A stretch of 64,000 nucleotides of DNA from an uncultured Gammaproteobacteria bacterium. Its GTDB lineage: Bacteria; Patescibacteriota; Patescibacteriia; UBA9934. Made by a program: the position numbers and the translations under genes. The stretch spans positions 78,638 through 142,637 of the forward strand of contig CAYVLY010000001.1 in the NCBI GenBank assembly GCA_964452565.1, read 5' to 3'. Under the pieces are notes generated by a model. That model was given only the letters and a program-made list of their open reading frames with translations. It was not told the origin of the DNA and did not search any database. The number at the start of each line of letters is the position of its first letter. Within the stretch, counting starts at the first letter, position 1. Shown here in pieces: positions 44,979 through 57,120 of this stretch.

Positions 44979-46055
44979 ATGAAAAAGCCAAAAGTACTAG
45001 TTGGAATGAGTGGTGGAGTTGATTCTTCTGTTGCTGCTTTGCTGCTGAAAAAGCAGGGTTTTGAGGTTATTGGTGGGTTCATGAAAAACTGGAGTGATGA
45101 AGTTTGCTATAAGGAAAAGGTATCGGAATGTGAGTGGCGCACTGAACGGCGTGATGCAATGCGCATAGCTGCAAGTCTGGGGATCGAACTTCATACTTTT
45201 GATTTCGAAGACGAATATCGAAAGCAAGTTTATGAGTACATGCTTTCTGAGTATAAGGCTGGCCGAACTCCAAATCCTGACGTTTTGTGTAATAAGTACA
45301 TGAAGTTTGGATTATTTCTTGAAAAGGCAAAGGAGCTTGGTTGTAAATATGTTGCAACAGGTCACTATGCTCGGATTAAGCATGGTCGATCAGGCTCAAA
45401 GTTACTCACAGGCAAAGATCGAGATAAAGATCAGTCTTACTTCCTGGCGCGATTGACCCAGGATCAGCTTAGTCATGTTTTATTTCCGATTGGCAAATTA
45501 AAGAAGTCTAAGGTTCGAAAAATAGCAGAAAAGAACGATCTACATGTTGCGGGTAAGAAAGATAGTCAAGGGATTTGCTTCGTGGGCAAGGTTGCACTTG
45601 ATGATTTTCTTAGCGATCGCATCAAAGAGCAAGAAGGGGATATTATTAATACTAAAGGAAACATTCTTGGAAAGCACAAAGGTCACATGTTTTTCACGAT
45701 TGGTCAGCGACATGGTTTAAATCTAGGCGGGACTGATCCATACTTTGTTGTTGAACGTCGACCTGAGTCAAACGAGGTTGTTGTAGCGCATGAAGGCGAT
45801 CAAAGCTTATTTCGATCTGAGCTAGTTGCAACTGATATAACAGAAACAATCGAGGGCCGACTTGAGAAGCTGATCGGAAAAAAGCTAAAAGCTCGTATTC
45901 GTTATCGGCAACCACTCCAAAAGTGCCGAATAACTAAAATAAAAAGGGGTCAGACCCACGTAGAATTCAACAAACCTCAACGCGCTGTAGCTCCAGGGCA
46001 GTTCATTGCTTGGCATAAGGGAAAAGAGCTTATCGGATCAGGGATTATTACATAG
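44979..46055 (+). CDS. mnmA: tRNA-specific 2-thiouridylase MnmA
   Basis: PP-loop VGMSGGVDSS, catalytic cysteines, C-terminal beta-barrel. Confidence 0.9.
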   Translation: MKKPKVLVGMSGGVDSSVAALLLKKQGFEVIGGFMKNWSDEVCYKEKVSECEWRTERRDAMRIAASLGIELHTFDFEDEYRKQVYEYMLSEYKAGRTPNPDVLCNKYMKFGLFLEKAKELGCKYVATGHYARIKHGRSGSKLLTGKDRDKDQSYFLARLTQDQLSHVLFPIGKLKKSKVRKIAEKNDLHVAGKKDSQGICFVGKVALDDFLSDRIKEQEGDIINTKGNILGKHKGHMFFTIGQRHGLNLGGTDPYFVVERRPESNEVVVAHEGDQSLFRSELVATDITETIEGRLEKLIGKKLKARIRYRQPLQKCRITKIKRGQTHVEFNKPQRAVAPGQFIAWHKGKELIGSGIIT

Positions 46056-46178
46056 GTACAAGAGTTGATACGATAGTATCAAACATGCGACATTCTCGAC
46101 AATTGGTCTTATTTTAGGTACTCTATTCAACGCTAATACCAGCCGGAAGTCGAATTTTGAAATTAGCATTATTGTTTT

Positions 46179-47981
46179 ATGACCTCACAAGATAGAATCA
46201 GAAATTTTTGCATTATTGCGCATATTGACCACGGCAAGTCTACACTTGCCGATCGTTTGCTTGAAAAAACTGGAACTGTGGATAAACGTCAAATGAAAGA
46301 GCAGGTTTTGGATCAGATGGAACTTGAACGCGAACGTGGAATCACTATCAAGCTTGCTCCTGTGCGGATGAAGTATGTGAAGGATGGTAAGGAATTTACA
46401 CTTAACTTGATAGACACTCCTGGGCACGTTGACTTCAGCTATGAGGTTTCACGATCTTTGGCTGCGGTTGAAGGTGCTATATTGCTTGTTGATGCAACTC
46501 AGGGAGTTCAGGCGCAGACACTGGCAAACCTTTATCTTGCATTGGATCAGAACCTTGAGATTATCCCAGTCCTTAATAAGATCGATCTTCAAAACGCAGA
46601 TGTGCCAACTCGCACAAAAGAGATAATGGCTTTGATCGGGTGCAAAGAAAAAGATGTCATTGCGGTTTCAGCAAAGACTGGAGAAAATGTTGAATTGCTT
46701 TTAGATAAAGTTGTTGATTCAGTGCCAGCGCCTGAGGGCAGGGATGTTGAATCTACGCGCGCGCTTGTTTTTGACTCCCATTACGATGATTACAAAGGCG
46801 TAGTTGCATATGTTCGAGTTATAGATGGCGCCCTTCGAAAGCGTGATCAGATGAAGATGATGGCAACTAAAACTACAGCTGAGATTATTGATGTGGGCGC
46901 TCTGAAACCTGAATTTGCAAGTACTGATGTTCTTGGAACTGGACAGATTGGATATGTAGTTACAGGTCTTAAAGATATCCAGGGATGTCAGGTGGGAGAT
47001 ACAATGACACTCTCTGCCTCAACAGATGTTGATCCGCTTGGGGGTTACAAAAAGGTCCAACCCATGGTGTTTGCCGGAATATTTCCGCAAGAGGGAGATG
47101 ACTATAGCGCTCTTCGCGATGCAATGGATCGTCTTAAGCTCAATGACGCAGCTCTTGTTTATGAGCCGGAACAGTCTCCAGCACTTGGTTTTGGATTTCG
47201 TGCAGGGTTTCTTGGAATGCTTCACCTTGAGATATTGAAAGAACGACTTGAACGTGAGTTTGGACTTCATCTCGTTGTCACAGTTCCGTCGGTAGCTTAT
47301 AACGTGTATTCTCGAGGATCCCTTAAGCCAGATCTAGTAAAGAGTGCACTTGATTTACCTGATGCTGGGCATGTTGATAAAATTGAGGAGCCTTGGGCTA
47401 ATCTAGATATCATTACACCAGTTGAGTATATCGGGGGTGTGATGACATTCACGCAGGAAAGATTTGGAATATACAAAAATACAGAATATTTGTCTGAGGG
47501 CAGAGCGATTTTAAAGTATCAAATCCCGCTTTCATCTTTAATTGTTGATTTTTACGACAAGCTAAAGAGTATAAGTAGCGGATTTGCTTCCATGAACTAC
47601 GATGTTTTTGAGTATCGTGAGGCTGACGTTGTTCGACTTGATATATTAGTTGCAGATGATGTAATTGATGCATTATCTACCTTTGTATACAGAGATGATG
47701 CACATTCTGCAGGCAAACGTATTATCAAGACTCTAAAAGATTCAATTCCTCGACAACAGTTTGTCATTAAGATTCAGGCCGCAGTTGGTGGTAAAATAGT
47801 TGCAGGGGATCGACTCTCTGCTCTTCGAAAGGATGTTACTGCAAAGTTATATGGCGGAGACGTTACACGAAAACGAAAGCTTCTTGAGAAGCAGAAAAAG
47901 GGAAAGAAGCGGATGCTTGCAATGGGTAAGGGAAAGGTTCAGATTCCAAGTGAAGCATATTTAAATGTACTTAAGCGTTAA
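46179..47981 (+). CDS. lepA: Elongation factor 4 (LepA)
   Basis: GTPase G1-G4 (AHIDHGKST, DTPGH, NKID), LepA-specific C-terminal domain. Confidence 0.95.
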   Translation: MTSQDRIRNFCIIAHIDHGKSTLADRLLEKTGTVDKRQMKEQVLDQMELERERGITIKLAPVRMKYVKDGKEFTLNLIDTPGHVDFSYEVSRSLAAVEGAILLVDATQGVQAQTLANLYLALDQNLEIIPVLNKIDLQNADVPTRTKEIMALIGCKEKDVIAVSAKTGENVELLLDKVVDSVPAPEGRDVESTRALVFDSHYDDYKGVVAYVRVIDGALRKRDQMKMMATKTTAEIIDVGALKPEFASTDVLGTGQIGYVVTGLKDIQGCQVGDTMTLSASTDVDPLGGYKKVQPMVFAGIFPQEGDDYSALRDAMDRLKLNDAALVYEPEQSPALGFGFRAGFLGMLHLEILKERLEREFGLHLVVTVPSVAYNVYSRGSLKPDLVKSALDLPDAGHVDKIEEPWANLDIITPVEYIGGVMTFTQERFGIYKNTEYLSEGRAILKYQIPLSSLIVDFYDKLKSISSGFASMNYDVFEYREADVVRLDILVADDVIDALSTFVYRDDAHSAGKRIIKTLKDSIPRQQFVIKIQAAVGGKIVAGDRLSALRKDVTAKLYGGDVTRKRKLLEKQKKGKKRMLAMGKGKVQIPSEAYLNVLKR

Positions 47982-47982
47982 T

Positions 47983-48084
47983 ATGGCTCGAAAATCAAAA
48001 AAACTGCAAAGAGTTTTAGGTATCATTGCACTGATCGCAATGGTTTCTATGACTTTTGCATCACTCGCATACACAATGTTTTAG
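47983..48084 (+). CDS. Possible 33-aa single-TM peptide (MARKSKKLQRVLGIIALIAMVSMTFASLAYTMF)
   Basis: Short ORF directly after lepA; no independent support. Confidence 0.2.
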   Translation: MARKSKKLQRVLGIIALIAMVSMTFASLAYTMF

Positions 48085-48145
48085 AGGTGGTTTGATATCA
48101 GCTTTCGATTAAATCGAACGCTGGATTTAAACTAAACTCTTTTAA

Positions 48146-49831
48146 ATGAAGTTTAATTGGAAACTTCAGCCTAAGGCTGGAGAAACTCTTGTTGATCAAT
48201 TACTTGTAAATCGAGGCATTGACAATGAGGATAAGGAGGCATTTTTGCATCCAGACTGGGATCGCGATATTCACGATCCATTTTTATTTACTCAAATGCA
48301 AGAAGCTGTAGATAGAACTTTTGCTGCGATTGAAAAAGAGCAAAAAATTGTCATTCATGGCGACTATGATGCTGATGGCATTTGCGGGTCAACAATCATC
48401 GCTGATACGTTAGGTGAAATTACAAGGGTTTTAGGTTCAAGGTTGAACCTTGAAGCGTTTTTACCACATCGTGAACGTGATGGTTATGGCGTTGCAATGC
48501 ATACAATTGAACGTCTTAAAGATCAGAAGATCGAACTTCTCATAACTGTGGACTGCGGTATTGCAAATGCTACAGAGCTTAATGCGGCAGGTGAGGCTGG
48601 AATAGATGTGATTATTTGTGATCATCACCAACTTGGTGATGACCTTCCGGAAGATGCGATGATTATTCACCCCTTGGCGCCGGGCGAGGTTTATCCAAAT
48701 AAGAAACTTGCTGGGTCAGGTGTTGCATTTAAGTTTGCATGTGCACTTTTGAGTGAGGCGCGAAAGCGGGGTTTGGAAGTTCCTGCAGGCCATGAAAAAT
48801 GGCTGCTTGATCTAGTCGCGATCGCTACAGTAACTGACGTTGTTCCTCTTGTGGGTGAAAATCGAGTTCTTGAGAAGTTTGGGTTGATTGTTTTGAATAA
48901 GACTCGCCGACCAGGGTTGCATCGGATAATCGAAAATGCCAAGCTTGAGTTTGGAAATATAAACACAACAGATATCGGTTATCGAATTGGTCCGCGAATA
49001 AATGCATCAGGCCGTATCCGTGAAGCTCAGATTGCTTATGATGCACTAAACGCAAAAGATAAAAATGATGCAGCTGCGTATGCCTTGGAGCTTGAGATGA
49101 TCAACCGCGAACGTCAGCGTTTATCAGATGCAGCTTACAAAGAAGCTCGTTTACAAATCGAAGTAGATCAACACGTACACGTAATTTGGAATCAAACATG
49201 GGCGCCTGGCATTGTTGGTTTGGTAGCAGGAAAGATTGCACACGAGACAAATACATCAACTTTTGCTTTGACTATATCTGGTGATCAATATCTTGGGTCA
49301 GGTCGGTCAGCTCGTGGACTGCATTTGGTTGAGGCAATGCGATCTTGTGGGGATATCTTTGTTAAGGCTGGTGGTCATCCAGAGGCCTGTGGATTAACCA
49401 TCAAGGGCATTGAGATGGTTGAGATCTTCAAGATCCGAGTGAATGAGTTTGCGAAAGATAAACTAGCTTTAGCTGACGAAAAGCAGGAGCTTTTAATCGA
49501 TGCCGAGGTGAAGTTCGATGATATTGACTGGTTCCTATATGAGCAAGCATCGCAATTTGCACCATTTGGCAAAGGTAATACAGAGCCGATATTAATGATC
49601 AAGGATGTGCAGGTGGCATCGGTCAAAGTCATTGGATCAACTGGCAAGCATCTCAAACTTCGAATAGGAACAGAACAGCGATCAATTGATTGCATCGGAT
49701 TTGGATTTGGCCATCTTGGAACGTCGATCAAAATCGGATCTAAAATCGACTTAGCCTTTAGGATCAGCCTTAACGAATGGAACGGCCAGCGAAAACTTCA
49801 AATGGTTATTGAAGATATTGTGATAAAATAG
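48146..49831 (+). CDS. recJ: Single-stranded-DNA-specific exonuclease RecJ
   Basis: DHH motifs (HGDYDADGI, DHH) and DHHA1 domain. Confidence 0.85.
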   Translation: MKFNWKLQPKAGETLVDQLLVNRGIDNEDKEAFLHPDWDRDIHDPFLFTQMQEAVDRTFAAIEKEQKIVIHGDYDADGICGSTIIADTLGEITRVLGSRLNLEAFLPHRERDGYGVAMHTIERLKDQKIELLITVDCGIANATELNAAGEAGIDVIICDHHQLGDDLPEDAMIIHPLAPGEVYPNKKLAGSGVAFKFACALLSEARKRGLEVPAGHEKWLLDLVAIATVTDVVPLVGENRVLEKFGLIVLNKTRRPGLHRIIENAKLEFGNINTTDIGYRIGPRINASGRIREAQIAYDALNAKDKNDAAAYALELEMINRERQRLSDAAYKEARLQIEVDQHVHVIWNQTWAPGIVGLVAGKIAHETNTSTFALTISGDQYLGSGRSARGLHLVEAMRSCGDIFVKAGGHPEACGLTIKGIEMVEIFKIRVNEFAKDKLALADEKQELLIDAEVKFDDIDWFLYEQASQFAPFGKGNTEPILMIKDVQVASVKVIGSTGKHLKLRIGTEQRSIDCIGFGFGHLGTSIKIGSKIDLAFRISLNEWNGQRKLQMVIEDIVIK

Positions 49832-49837
49832 TGTTAT

Positions 49838-50263
49838 ATGAACGTACGACTTTATACAGATGGAGGGGCGCGAGGGAATCCAGGACCAGCAGGCGCTGGG
49901 TTTGTTATATATGCGATTAATGATCAGGGCGAGCAGACTGATAGGCTTGTCGAGGGCAATGAGTACATGGGTGAGGCAACTAATAATCAAGCCGAGTACC
50001 ATGCGATTATTATTGGGCTTGAAAAGGCGCTTCAGCTCAACGCATCAACAGTTGATACTGTTATGGATTCTGAACTTGCAGTCAAGCAATTGAATCGTGA
50101 GTACAAAGTGAAAAATGAAGAGCTTGCAAAAAAGTTTGTGCAGATTCACAACATGCTCCACAGATTTGATAGAGTGACTTTTCGGCACGTTCGTCGTGAG
50201 CAAAATAAGGAGGCTGACGCGCAAGTGAATAAAGCAATCGACCAGGCTTTAGGTGTGGTATAA
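49838..50263 (+). CDS. rnhA: Ribonuclease HI
   Basis: RNase H fold with catalytic DEDD-type residues (YTDGGARGNPG, NNQAEY, D..). Confidence 0.75.
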   Translation: MNVRLYTDGGARGNPGPAGAGFVIYAINDQGEQTDRLVEGNEYMGEATNNQAEYHAIIIGLEKALQLNASTVDTVMDSELAVKQLNREYKVKNEELAKKFVQIHNMLHRFDRVTFRHVRREQNKEADAQVNKAIDQALGVV

Positions 50264-50289
50264 TCATTTTAGATTAGCATAATATTCAT

Positions 50290-50368
50290 GTCATTCCTGC
50301 GTAGGCAGGAATCCATCAATTATCGAATTCGATAGTCGATGGATCCCCGATCGTAGTCGGGGATGACA
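50290..50368. repeat. Structured repeat element (copy D): GTCATTCC-hairpin-GGAATCCATC..TCGATAGTCGATGGATCC-hairpin-GGATGAC
   Basis: ~80% identical to 53258..53338, with a compensatory stem change (a-c to g-c) supporting a conserved secondary structure. Confidence 0.7.
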
Positions 50369-50383
50369 AATTTTGAAGTACAT

Positions 50384-51541
50384 ATGGGACTTTTTTCAAA
50401 AAAAGAAGAATCAGCTGCCGGGATGATTGGAGTTGATATTGGAGCTGGTGGAATCAAGATGGTAGAACTCTTGCCACAAAGGGGAAGGGTGAAGCTTTCC
50501 ACCTATGGTCATGCTGAGCGTAAGTCACATACTGACGGTGCGTTGATTGATCAACCGCAAAAAGCAGCAAAGCTTATCCAAGAGATCATTAAAAAATCTG
50601 GGATGAAATCAGCTCAAGTGAATGCGGCGCTTCCATCACAGGCCGTGTTTCATGCGATTGTGACTATTGCCCAACCGAAAAGTAAAAAAGAAGATCTAAA
50701 GCCGCTTATCGAAGCTCAGGTAAAAAAGCTTTTACCTCGACCGCTTGATGAGATGATTTTGGACTCAACAGTTATTGATAAGCATCTTTTGCCAAAAGAT
50801 GAGCCACAGCCGAAAAAGAAACCAGAAAAAAAGGGTGAGAAAAAACAGGAAGGCAAAAAAACTGAGGAAATTCTGAAACGAAAAGAGCGAAAGCATATTC
50901 GGGTATTGATTTCAGGTGCGCCAAAAGATTTAGTTCAAAAGTACGTTGATATCTTCAAGCTTGCAAAGTTGCAACTCTCATCGCTTGAGACTGAGTCGTT
51001 TGCATTAATCCGATCGCTGATTGGAAAAGACATGTCACGAATCATGATTGTTGATATTGGGTATGAGCGTACAAATATTAATATTGTGAATCATGGTATT
51101 CCGTTCTTGCACCGTTCAATCAAAGCTGGTGGTATCAATGTTACAAATGCGATTTCAAAGCAGATGGGCGTATCCCCAGCGCAGGCTGAGCAAGTAAAGT
51201 TTGATCTTGCAATTGCGGCTCAAAAAGAACAAAAGATGCCAAATGTTGTGCGTGAGGCAGTAATGCCAATCTTGCATGAGGTCAAGTATGCACTTGAGCT
51301 TTACGATCAACAGGACTTTCACGAGCACTCAACAGTTGAAAAGATCATCTTAACAGGAGGATCTGCACACCTGCCATTCCTAGACCCATTTTTAACTGAA
51401 GCACTAAATATAAACGTATATTTGGGTAATCCATGGGCTCGTATTGCCTCACCAGAAGGGTCTCAAGTGGTTTTGAGTGAGATAGGACCACGAATGGCAG
51501 TTGCAGCAGGACTAGCAATGAAAATGCTTAAAGACGCATAG
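50384..51541 (+). CDS. pilM: Type IV pilus assembly protein PilM (actin-like ATPase)
   Basis: GVDIGAGGIKMVEL N-terminus, actin-fold motifs; Lys/Glu-rich insertion; start set at ATG 50384 because ATG 50363 lies inside the repeat. Confidence 0.75.
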   Translation: MGLFSKKEESAAGMIGVDIGAGGIKMVELLPQRGRVKLSTYGHAERKSHTDGALIDQPQKAAKLIQEIIKKSGMKSAQVNAALPSQAVFHAIVTIAQPKSKKEDLKPLIEAQVKKLLPRPLDEMILDSTVIDKHLLPKDEPQPKKKPEKKGEKKQEGKKTEEILKRKERKHIRVLISGAPKDLVQKYVDIFKLAKLQLSSLETESFALIRSLIGKDMSRIMIVDIGYERTNINIVNHGIPFLHRSIKAGGINVTNAISKQMGVSPAQAEQVKFDLAIAAQKEQKMPNVVREAVMPILHEVKYALELYDQQDFHEHSTVEKIILTGGSAHLPFLDPFLTEALNINVYLGNPWARIASPEGSQVVLSEIGPRMAVAAGLAMKMLKDA

Positions 51542-51542
51542 T

Positions 51543-51911
51543 ATGCGGTCTATATTGATCATCGCGTGTGATCCATTTTTAGCAGGAATCTACGGTCGAA
51601 AGTTTGAGCGTGATGGTTGGGATGTGGAGATAGCTGAAAACCTCGGTAATGGTAAGACCCAGATATCAAAAATGAAACCAGACATTGTTTTATTTGAAAA
51701 GGGATGTTCCACAGACCTAATCAAAATTGTGCGAGACTTGAAAGCACTTCCAACAATGCAGCAGTCAAAGCTAGTGATACTTGCGAGTGAGTCAGACCGT
51801 GAAGAGATTCAAAAGGCAAGAAACGCTGGCGCTGATCAATATCTTCTACTGGGACACTTTGTACCGCATGAGGCAGTTGAGAAGATGCGTGATCTTGTCA
51901 AAGTCTTATAA
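51543..51911 (+). CDS. Receiver (REC)-like domain protein with Glu in place of the phospho-acceptor Asp
   Basis: CheY-like fold alignment: KPDIVLFE where the D of the consensus kPDlvllD acceptor position is E. Confidence 0.5.
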   Translation: MRSILIIACDPFLAGIYGRKFERDGWDVEIAENLGNGKTQISKMKPDIVLFEKGCSTDLIKIVRDLKALPTMQQSKLVILASESDREEIQKARNAGADQYLLLGHFVPHEAVEKMRDLVKVL

Positions 51912-51951
51912 CTCTACCTACTTACTACTATCTACGTTATAATCGACCCAT

Positions 51952-52461
51952 ATGTATAAGAACGGATTTACAAAAGTTGAAGTCCTAATCATTGCTGCGA
52001 TAATCGGAGTCCTTGGAATTACAGCAGTATTTGCAGTGATGACAGCTCGGTCGCGGACTCGTGATGCTGTTAGGATGTCAGATGTGCGACAACTGCAAGC
52101 TGGACTTGAAATGTTCTTCATAGATTACAATACATATCCAGAGTCTCTTGACTACATGGCATTGGGAGCTGCAACAACGCAATGTTTAACATCGCAGGGC
52201 TTTACATCAAGTTGCTCTGAAGGAGGATACCTAGAAGCTGTACCAACTATGCCATCTGCTGGGCTGAAAGGACTTTCATCATGTAGCGATTTATCAAATA
52301 TGTATTGCTATGCAGCTGAAAACGGAGATTATAGGATTCATTTTGAACTGGAATATGATAATCCGCTCATCGGGCTTGAAAAGGGAATTAACTGTGTGAC
52401 ACCTGGTGGCTTAGAGCCTGGGGAATGCGACCCATTGCCAATTAGCGGCATAGAGGAATAA
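51952..52461 (+). CDS. Type IV pilin / pseudopilin (prepilin-type N-terminal cleavage/methylation motif)
   Basis: MYKNG|FTKVEVLIIAAIIGVL with G-1, F+1 and E+5. Confidence 0.7.
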   Translation: MYKNGFTKVEVLIIAAIIGVLGITAVFAVMTARSRTRDAVRMSDVRQLQAGLEMFFIDYNTYPESLDYMALGAATTQCLTSQGFTSSCSEGGYLEAVPTMPSAGLKGLSSCSDLSNMYCYAAENGDYRIHFELEYDNPLIGLEKGINCVTPGGLEPGECDPLPISGIEE

Positions 52462-52462
52462 T

Positions 52463-53254
52463 ATGATGGAAATCATCTGGACAATATTAGTGAGTCTTGG
52501 GGGAATCTGTGTTGGGTCATTCCTCAACACAGTTGTTTTTAGAACACAAAAAAATATCCCGATAAAAGAACGGTCAAAGTGTATGAAGTGCATGAAGCCT
52601 ATTCATTGGGTTGATAAGGTGCCGATTGTTAGTTTCTTTAACCTCAAAGGACGATGCCGAAGCTGTTCTGATATTATCCCATGGCAATATCCAATAATAG
52701 AAATGGCAACTGGGATCTTGTTTGGACTATTATTTGTGCGTGCCTTGTTCGGATTTGGCTTTTTCGGATTTGAAAGTCACTCAGAGTGGTTGATTGTGTT
52801 TGCTCGCGATGCGATTATTGCTTGCTTGCTTTTGATCATATTTGTCTACGATTACAAATATTCGATAATATTGGATCGATTCTCAGTCCCTGCCATTGGT
52901 GCGGCAATCGTATTTAATCTGATTTTGGGTGGTGACTCTGCGGACATGCTTCTGTCTGGACTGTTCATTGGATCATTCTTCGCATTCCAGTTTCTGATTT
53001 CTCGTGGTAAGTGGGTCGGATCAGGCGACATTCGTATGGGACTTTTAATTGGATTTTTATTTGGAGCCAAACTTGGAGTCGTAGCATTGTTGCTTTCCTA
53101 CGTCCTTGGAGCACTGGGCGGGCTATTCCTGATCGTATTTAGGCATCGAAAGCTTGAAAGCCACGTGCCATTCGGTACCTTCATGTCGCTTGCGATTATA
53201 TTGACGCTGTTCTTTGGTGAAGCAATGGCAAATTGGTATCTGGGGATGTTCTAG
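52463..53254 (+). CDS. pilD: Prepilin peptidase (A24 family, PilD)
   Basis: N-terminal CxxC..CxxC zinc motif (CMKCMK..CRSC), polytopic membrane domain with conserved Asp residues. Confidence 0.85.
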   Translation: MMEIIWTILVSLGGICVGSFLNTVVFRTQKNIPIKERSKCMKCMKPIHWVDKVPIVSFFNLKGRCRSCSDIIPWQYPIIEMATGILFGLLFVRALFGFGFFGFESHSEWLIVFARDAIIACLLLIIFVYDYKYSIILDRFSVPAIGAAIVFNLILGGDSADMLLSGLFIGSFFAFQFLISRGKWVGSGDIRMGLLIGFLFGAKLGVVALLLSYVLGALGGLFLIVFRHRKLESHVPFGTFMSLAIILTLFFGEAMANWYLGMF

Positions 53255-53257
53255 TAT

Positions 53258-53338
53258 GTCATTCCTGGCCCAGACCAGGAATCCATCGTTTATCGAACTC
53301 GATAGTCGATGGATCCCGGCTCTACGGCCGGGATGACA
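53258..53338. repeat. Structured repeat element (copy E), direct repeat of copy D, flanking the pil operon
   Basis: Same architecture and orientation as 50290..50368. Confidence 0.7.
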
Positions 53339-53352
53339 GTAAAATGATAATT

Positions 53353-53382
53353 AAAAGACCCGCTCGATCGAGCGGGTCTTTT
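53353..53382. terminator. Perfect 30-bp palindrome AAAAGACCCGCTCGA|TCGAGCGGGTCTTTT, bidirectional terminator
   Basis: 15-bp arms flanked by A/T runs between pilD (+) and 53391..54017 (-). Confidence 0.7.
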
Positions 53383-53390
53383 AATTATGC

Positions 53391-54017
53391 CTACCAACCA
53401 ATCTCTTCAGCGGCAGTGCTTGCGGCTTCGTGCGCCTGCGCTTGTGCTGTAGACTTTAGCGCATCTGATTCGATTTCATCGATTTCATCAAGTATCTCCC
53501 TTGCTCCTTGTTCCCATGCAACTGCATCAGATTTCCATAATGGGTCTACATTGGTTTCGCGTTTTGATTCATCTTTGATCTGATCGACTGCACCTTCAGC
53601 CTTTTCTAGATTATGCGCAATAGCCGCTGTATCACGCAAAACTATTTCCATCTTTTGCTTTGTATTTCCAAGAATATTGTTCATAGCATCTACAAGACCT
53701 TCTGATGGTATATTTGCGTTAGCGATTATCTGCTTTGCATCCTCAAGTGCCTGTTTCATACCTTCAAAGCCTTTGTATGTTTTACCGTCTCGAGATGAGC
53801 TTAGATCAATTGTTGTGAGTAGCCCATCGATCTTTGATGAAAGATCATCAAATCCTTGCTGGGCTCTACGGACTTCGAGCTCAGCATCTTTGTTGTGTTT
53901 AGAAATATCCTCTGCAGATTGCTCCGATGTCTCTCTTATCGATTCGGTTCTAATCTCACCAGCTTCTTGTGAGTCAACTGGTCGTACTTCAGCATCTGCT
54001 TTTGATCCATCACGCAT
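53391..54017 (-). CDS. Hypothetical charged coiled-coil protein
   Basis: ORF; the antisense Ser/Cys-rich ORF 53677..54366 looks spurious. Confidence 0.45.
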   Translation of the reverse strand: MRDGSKADAEVRPVDSQEAGEIRTESIRETSEQSAEDISKHNKDAELEVRRAQQGFDDLSSKIDGLLTTIDLSSSRDGKTYKGFEGMKQALEDAKQIIANANIPSEGLVDAMNNILGNTKQKMEIVLRDTAAIAHNLEKAEGAVDQIKDESKRETNVDPLWKSDAVAWEQGAREILDEIDEIESDALKSTAQAQAHEAASTAAEEIGW

Positions 54018-54086
54018 ATATTGTATATTACAAGCTTATTGTAGCAGGTCGGATGTTATTGGCTACTTTTATCCACAGCAAGGTCC

Positions 54087-54146
54087 AACCTCCGGGAGGT
54101 TGGACCTTGGATTAGAACGAACAACCCCGCGTCACGATGACGCGGG
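54087..54146. terminator. Two strong hairpins: AAGGTCCAACCT-ccggg-AGGTTGGACCTT (12 bp) and CCCCGCGTCA-cgat-TGACGCGGGG (10 bp)
   Basis: Downstream (minus strand) of gene 54172..54447. Confidence 0.55.
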
Positions 54147-54171
54147 GGTGAGTCCAGGAGACGAGGGTGGC

Positions 54172-54447
54172 CTACATCCTGGAGATGTTGCCCTTGCGGG
54201 TGTCGGTGCGGTAGTAGCCCCCGATATTGTCGCCGTCTTTGTTGTGGCCTTCGTAGTTCCAGCTTTCGCCGGATCCGTCCTCGCGCTGGACCGAGTCGAT
54301 GCCGACCTTGATCTGACTACTGCCATCCGGTGTCGTGACCTCGAAGGTCACGAAGCGGCGGCTTGATGCGGTGTTGTCGAAGAGGCCGAGCATCAGGTCC
54401 CATTTGCTGGGGCCGTTGACGATCTTGTGCGTGGGGTTGGAGGACAT
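54172..54447 (-). CDS. Hypothetical small protein (GC-rich mini-island)
   Basis: RBS AAAGGGGTGA 3 nt before ATG on the minus strand; GC3-rich codons. Confidence 0.45.
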   Translation of the reverse strand: MSSNPTHKIVNGPSKWDLMLGLFDNTASSRRFVTFEVTTPDGSSQIKVGIDSVQREDGSGESWNYEGHNKDGDNIGGYYRTDTRKGNISRM

Positions 54448-54663
54448 ACGTCACCCCTTTCATCGTATACATGTGCAGATGAGCGGATGCATCTACAAAA
54501 CATCGTCACCCTTTCGGGTCACCTAGGTATACACCCAGGAATTTGGTTAACAAATATAGCATTAAAAAGCAGTTTTGTCAAGGCTAGCAGCTTATCCACA
54601 GAGCGGGATCATTCAGTAAAACCAGCTAAATCCGCACTACAGTAAAAGCGTCAAATTTGATAA

Positions 54664-56724
<2,061 letters not shown>

Positions 56725-56753
56725 CGGTAGCGAATATAGGTATTCCAGAAGCC

Positions 56754-56800
56754 GTCATCCCGAGCGACCGAGCGTTTACGCGAGGAGTCGAGGGATCTTT
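56754..56800. repeat. Partial GC-rich repeat element (copy H): cgtcatcccgagcgaccgagcg..gagtcgagggatcttttt
   Basis: Shares catcccgagcga and gtcgagggatct with 60537..60642. Confidence 0.5.
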
Positions 56801-56821
56801 TTGAAGAAGTAATAACAATAT

Positions 56822-57115
56822 ATGCCGAATATTGAATTTGATATTGATCATGTGGCCCAGCTAGCAATGCTCGACCTTAATAACGAGGAGCGAGCTATGT
56901 TTGAAGAGCAGCTACCATCGATTTTAGCTTATGTAAGTAAGCTTGGAGAAGTTGACACAGAAGGTGTAGACTCTTCAGCTTATATTTCAGATCTGCATAA
57001 TGTGATGCGTGATGATAAAGCGAAGAAATCCTCAAATAAGCTACGGTCAGATCTTGTTAAGTCATTTCCAAAGGAGTCTGGTGATGCGCTGGAGGTTCCT
57101 GCGATTTTTGAATAA
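56822..57115 (+). CDS. gatC: Asp-tRNA(Asn)/Glu-tRNA(Gln) amidotransferase subunit C
   Basis: GatC family pattern; precedes gatA. Confidence 0.8.
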   Translation: MPNIEFDIDHVAQLAMLDLNNEERAMFEEQLPSILAYVSKLGEVDTEGVDSSAYISDLHNVMRDDKAKKSSNKLRSDLVKSFPKESGDALEVPAIFE

Positions 57116-57120
57116 GGCTT

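Noticed and set aside
53677-54366. 229-aa + strand ORF antisense to 53391..54017 and 54172..54447
   Set aside because: Ser/Cys/Ala-rich junk-like composition spanning two minus-strand genes and their terminators
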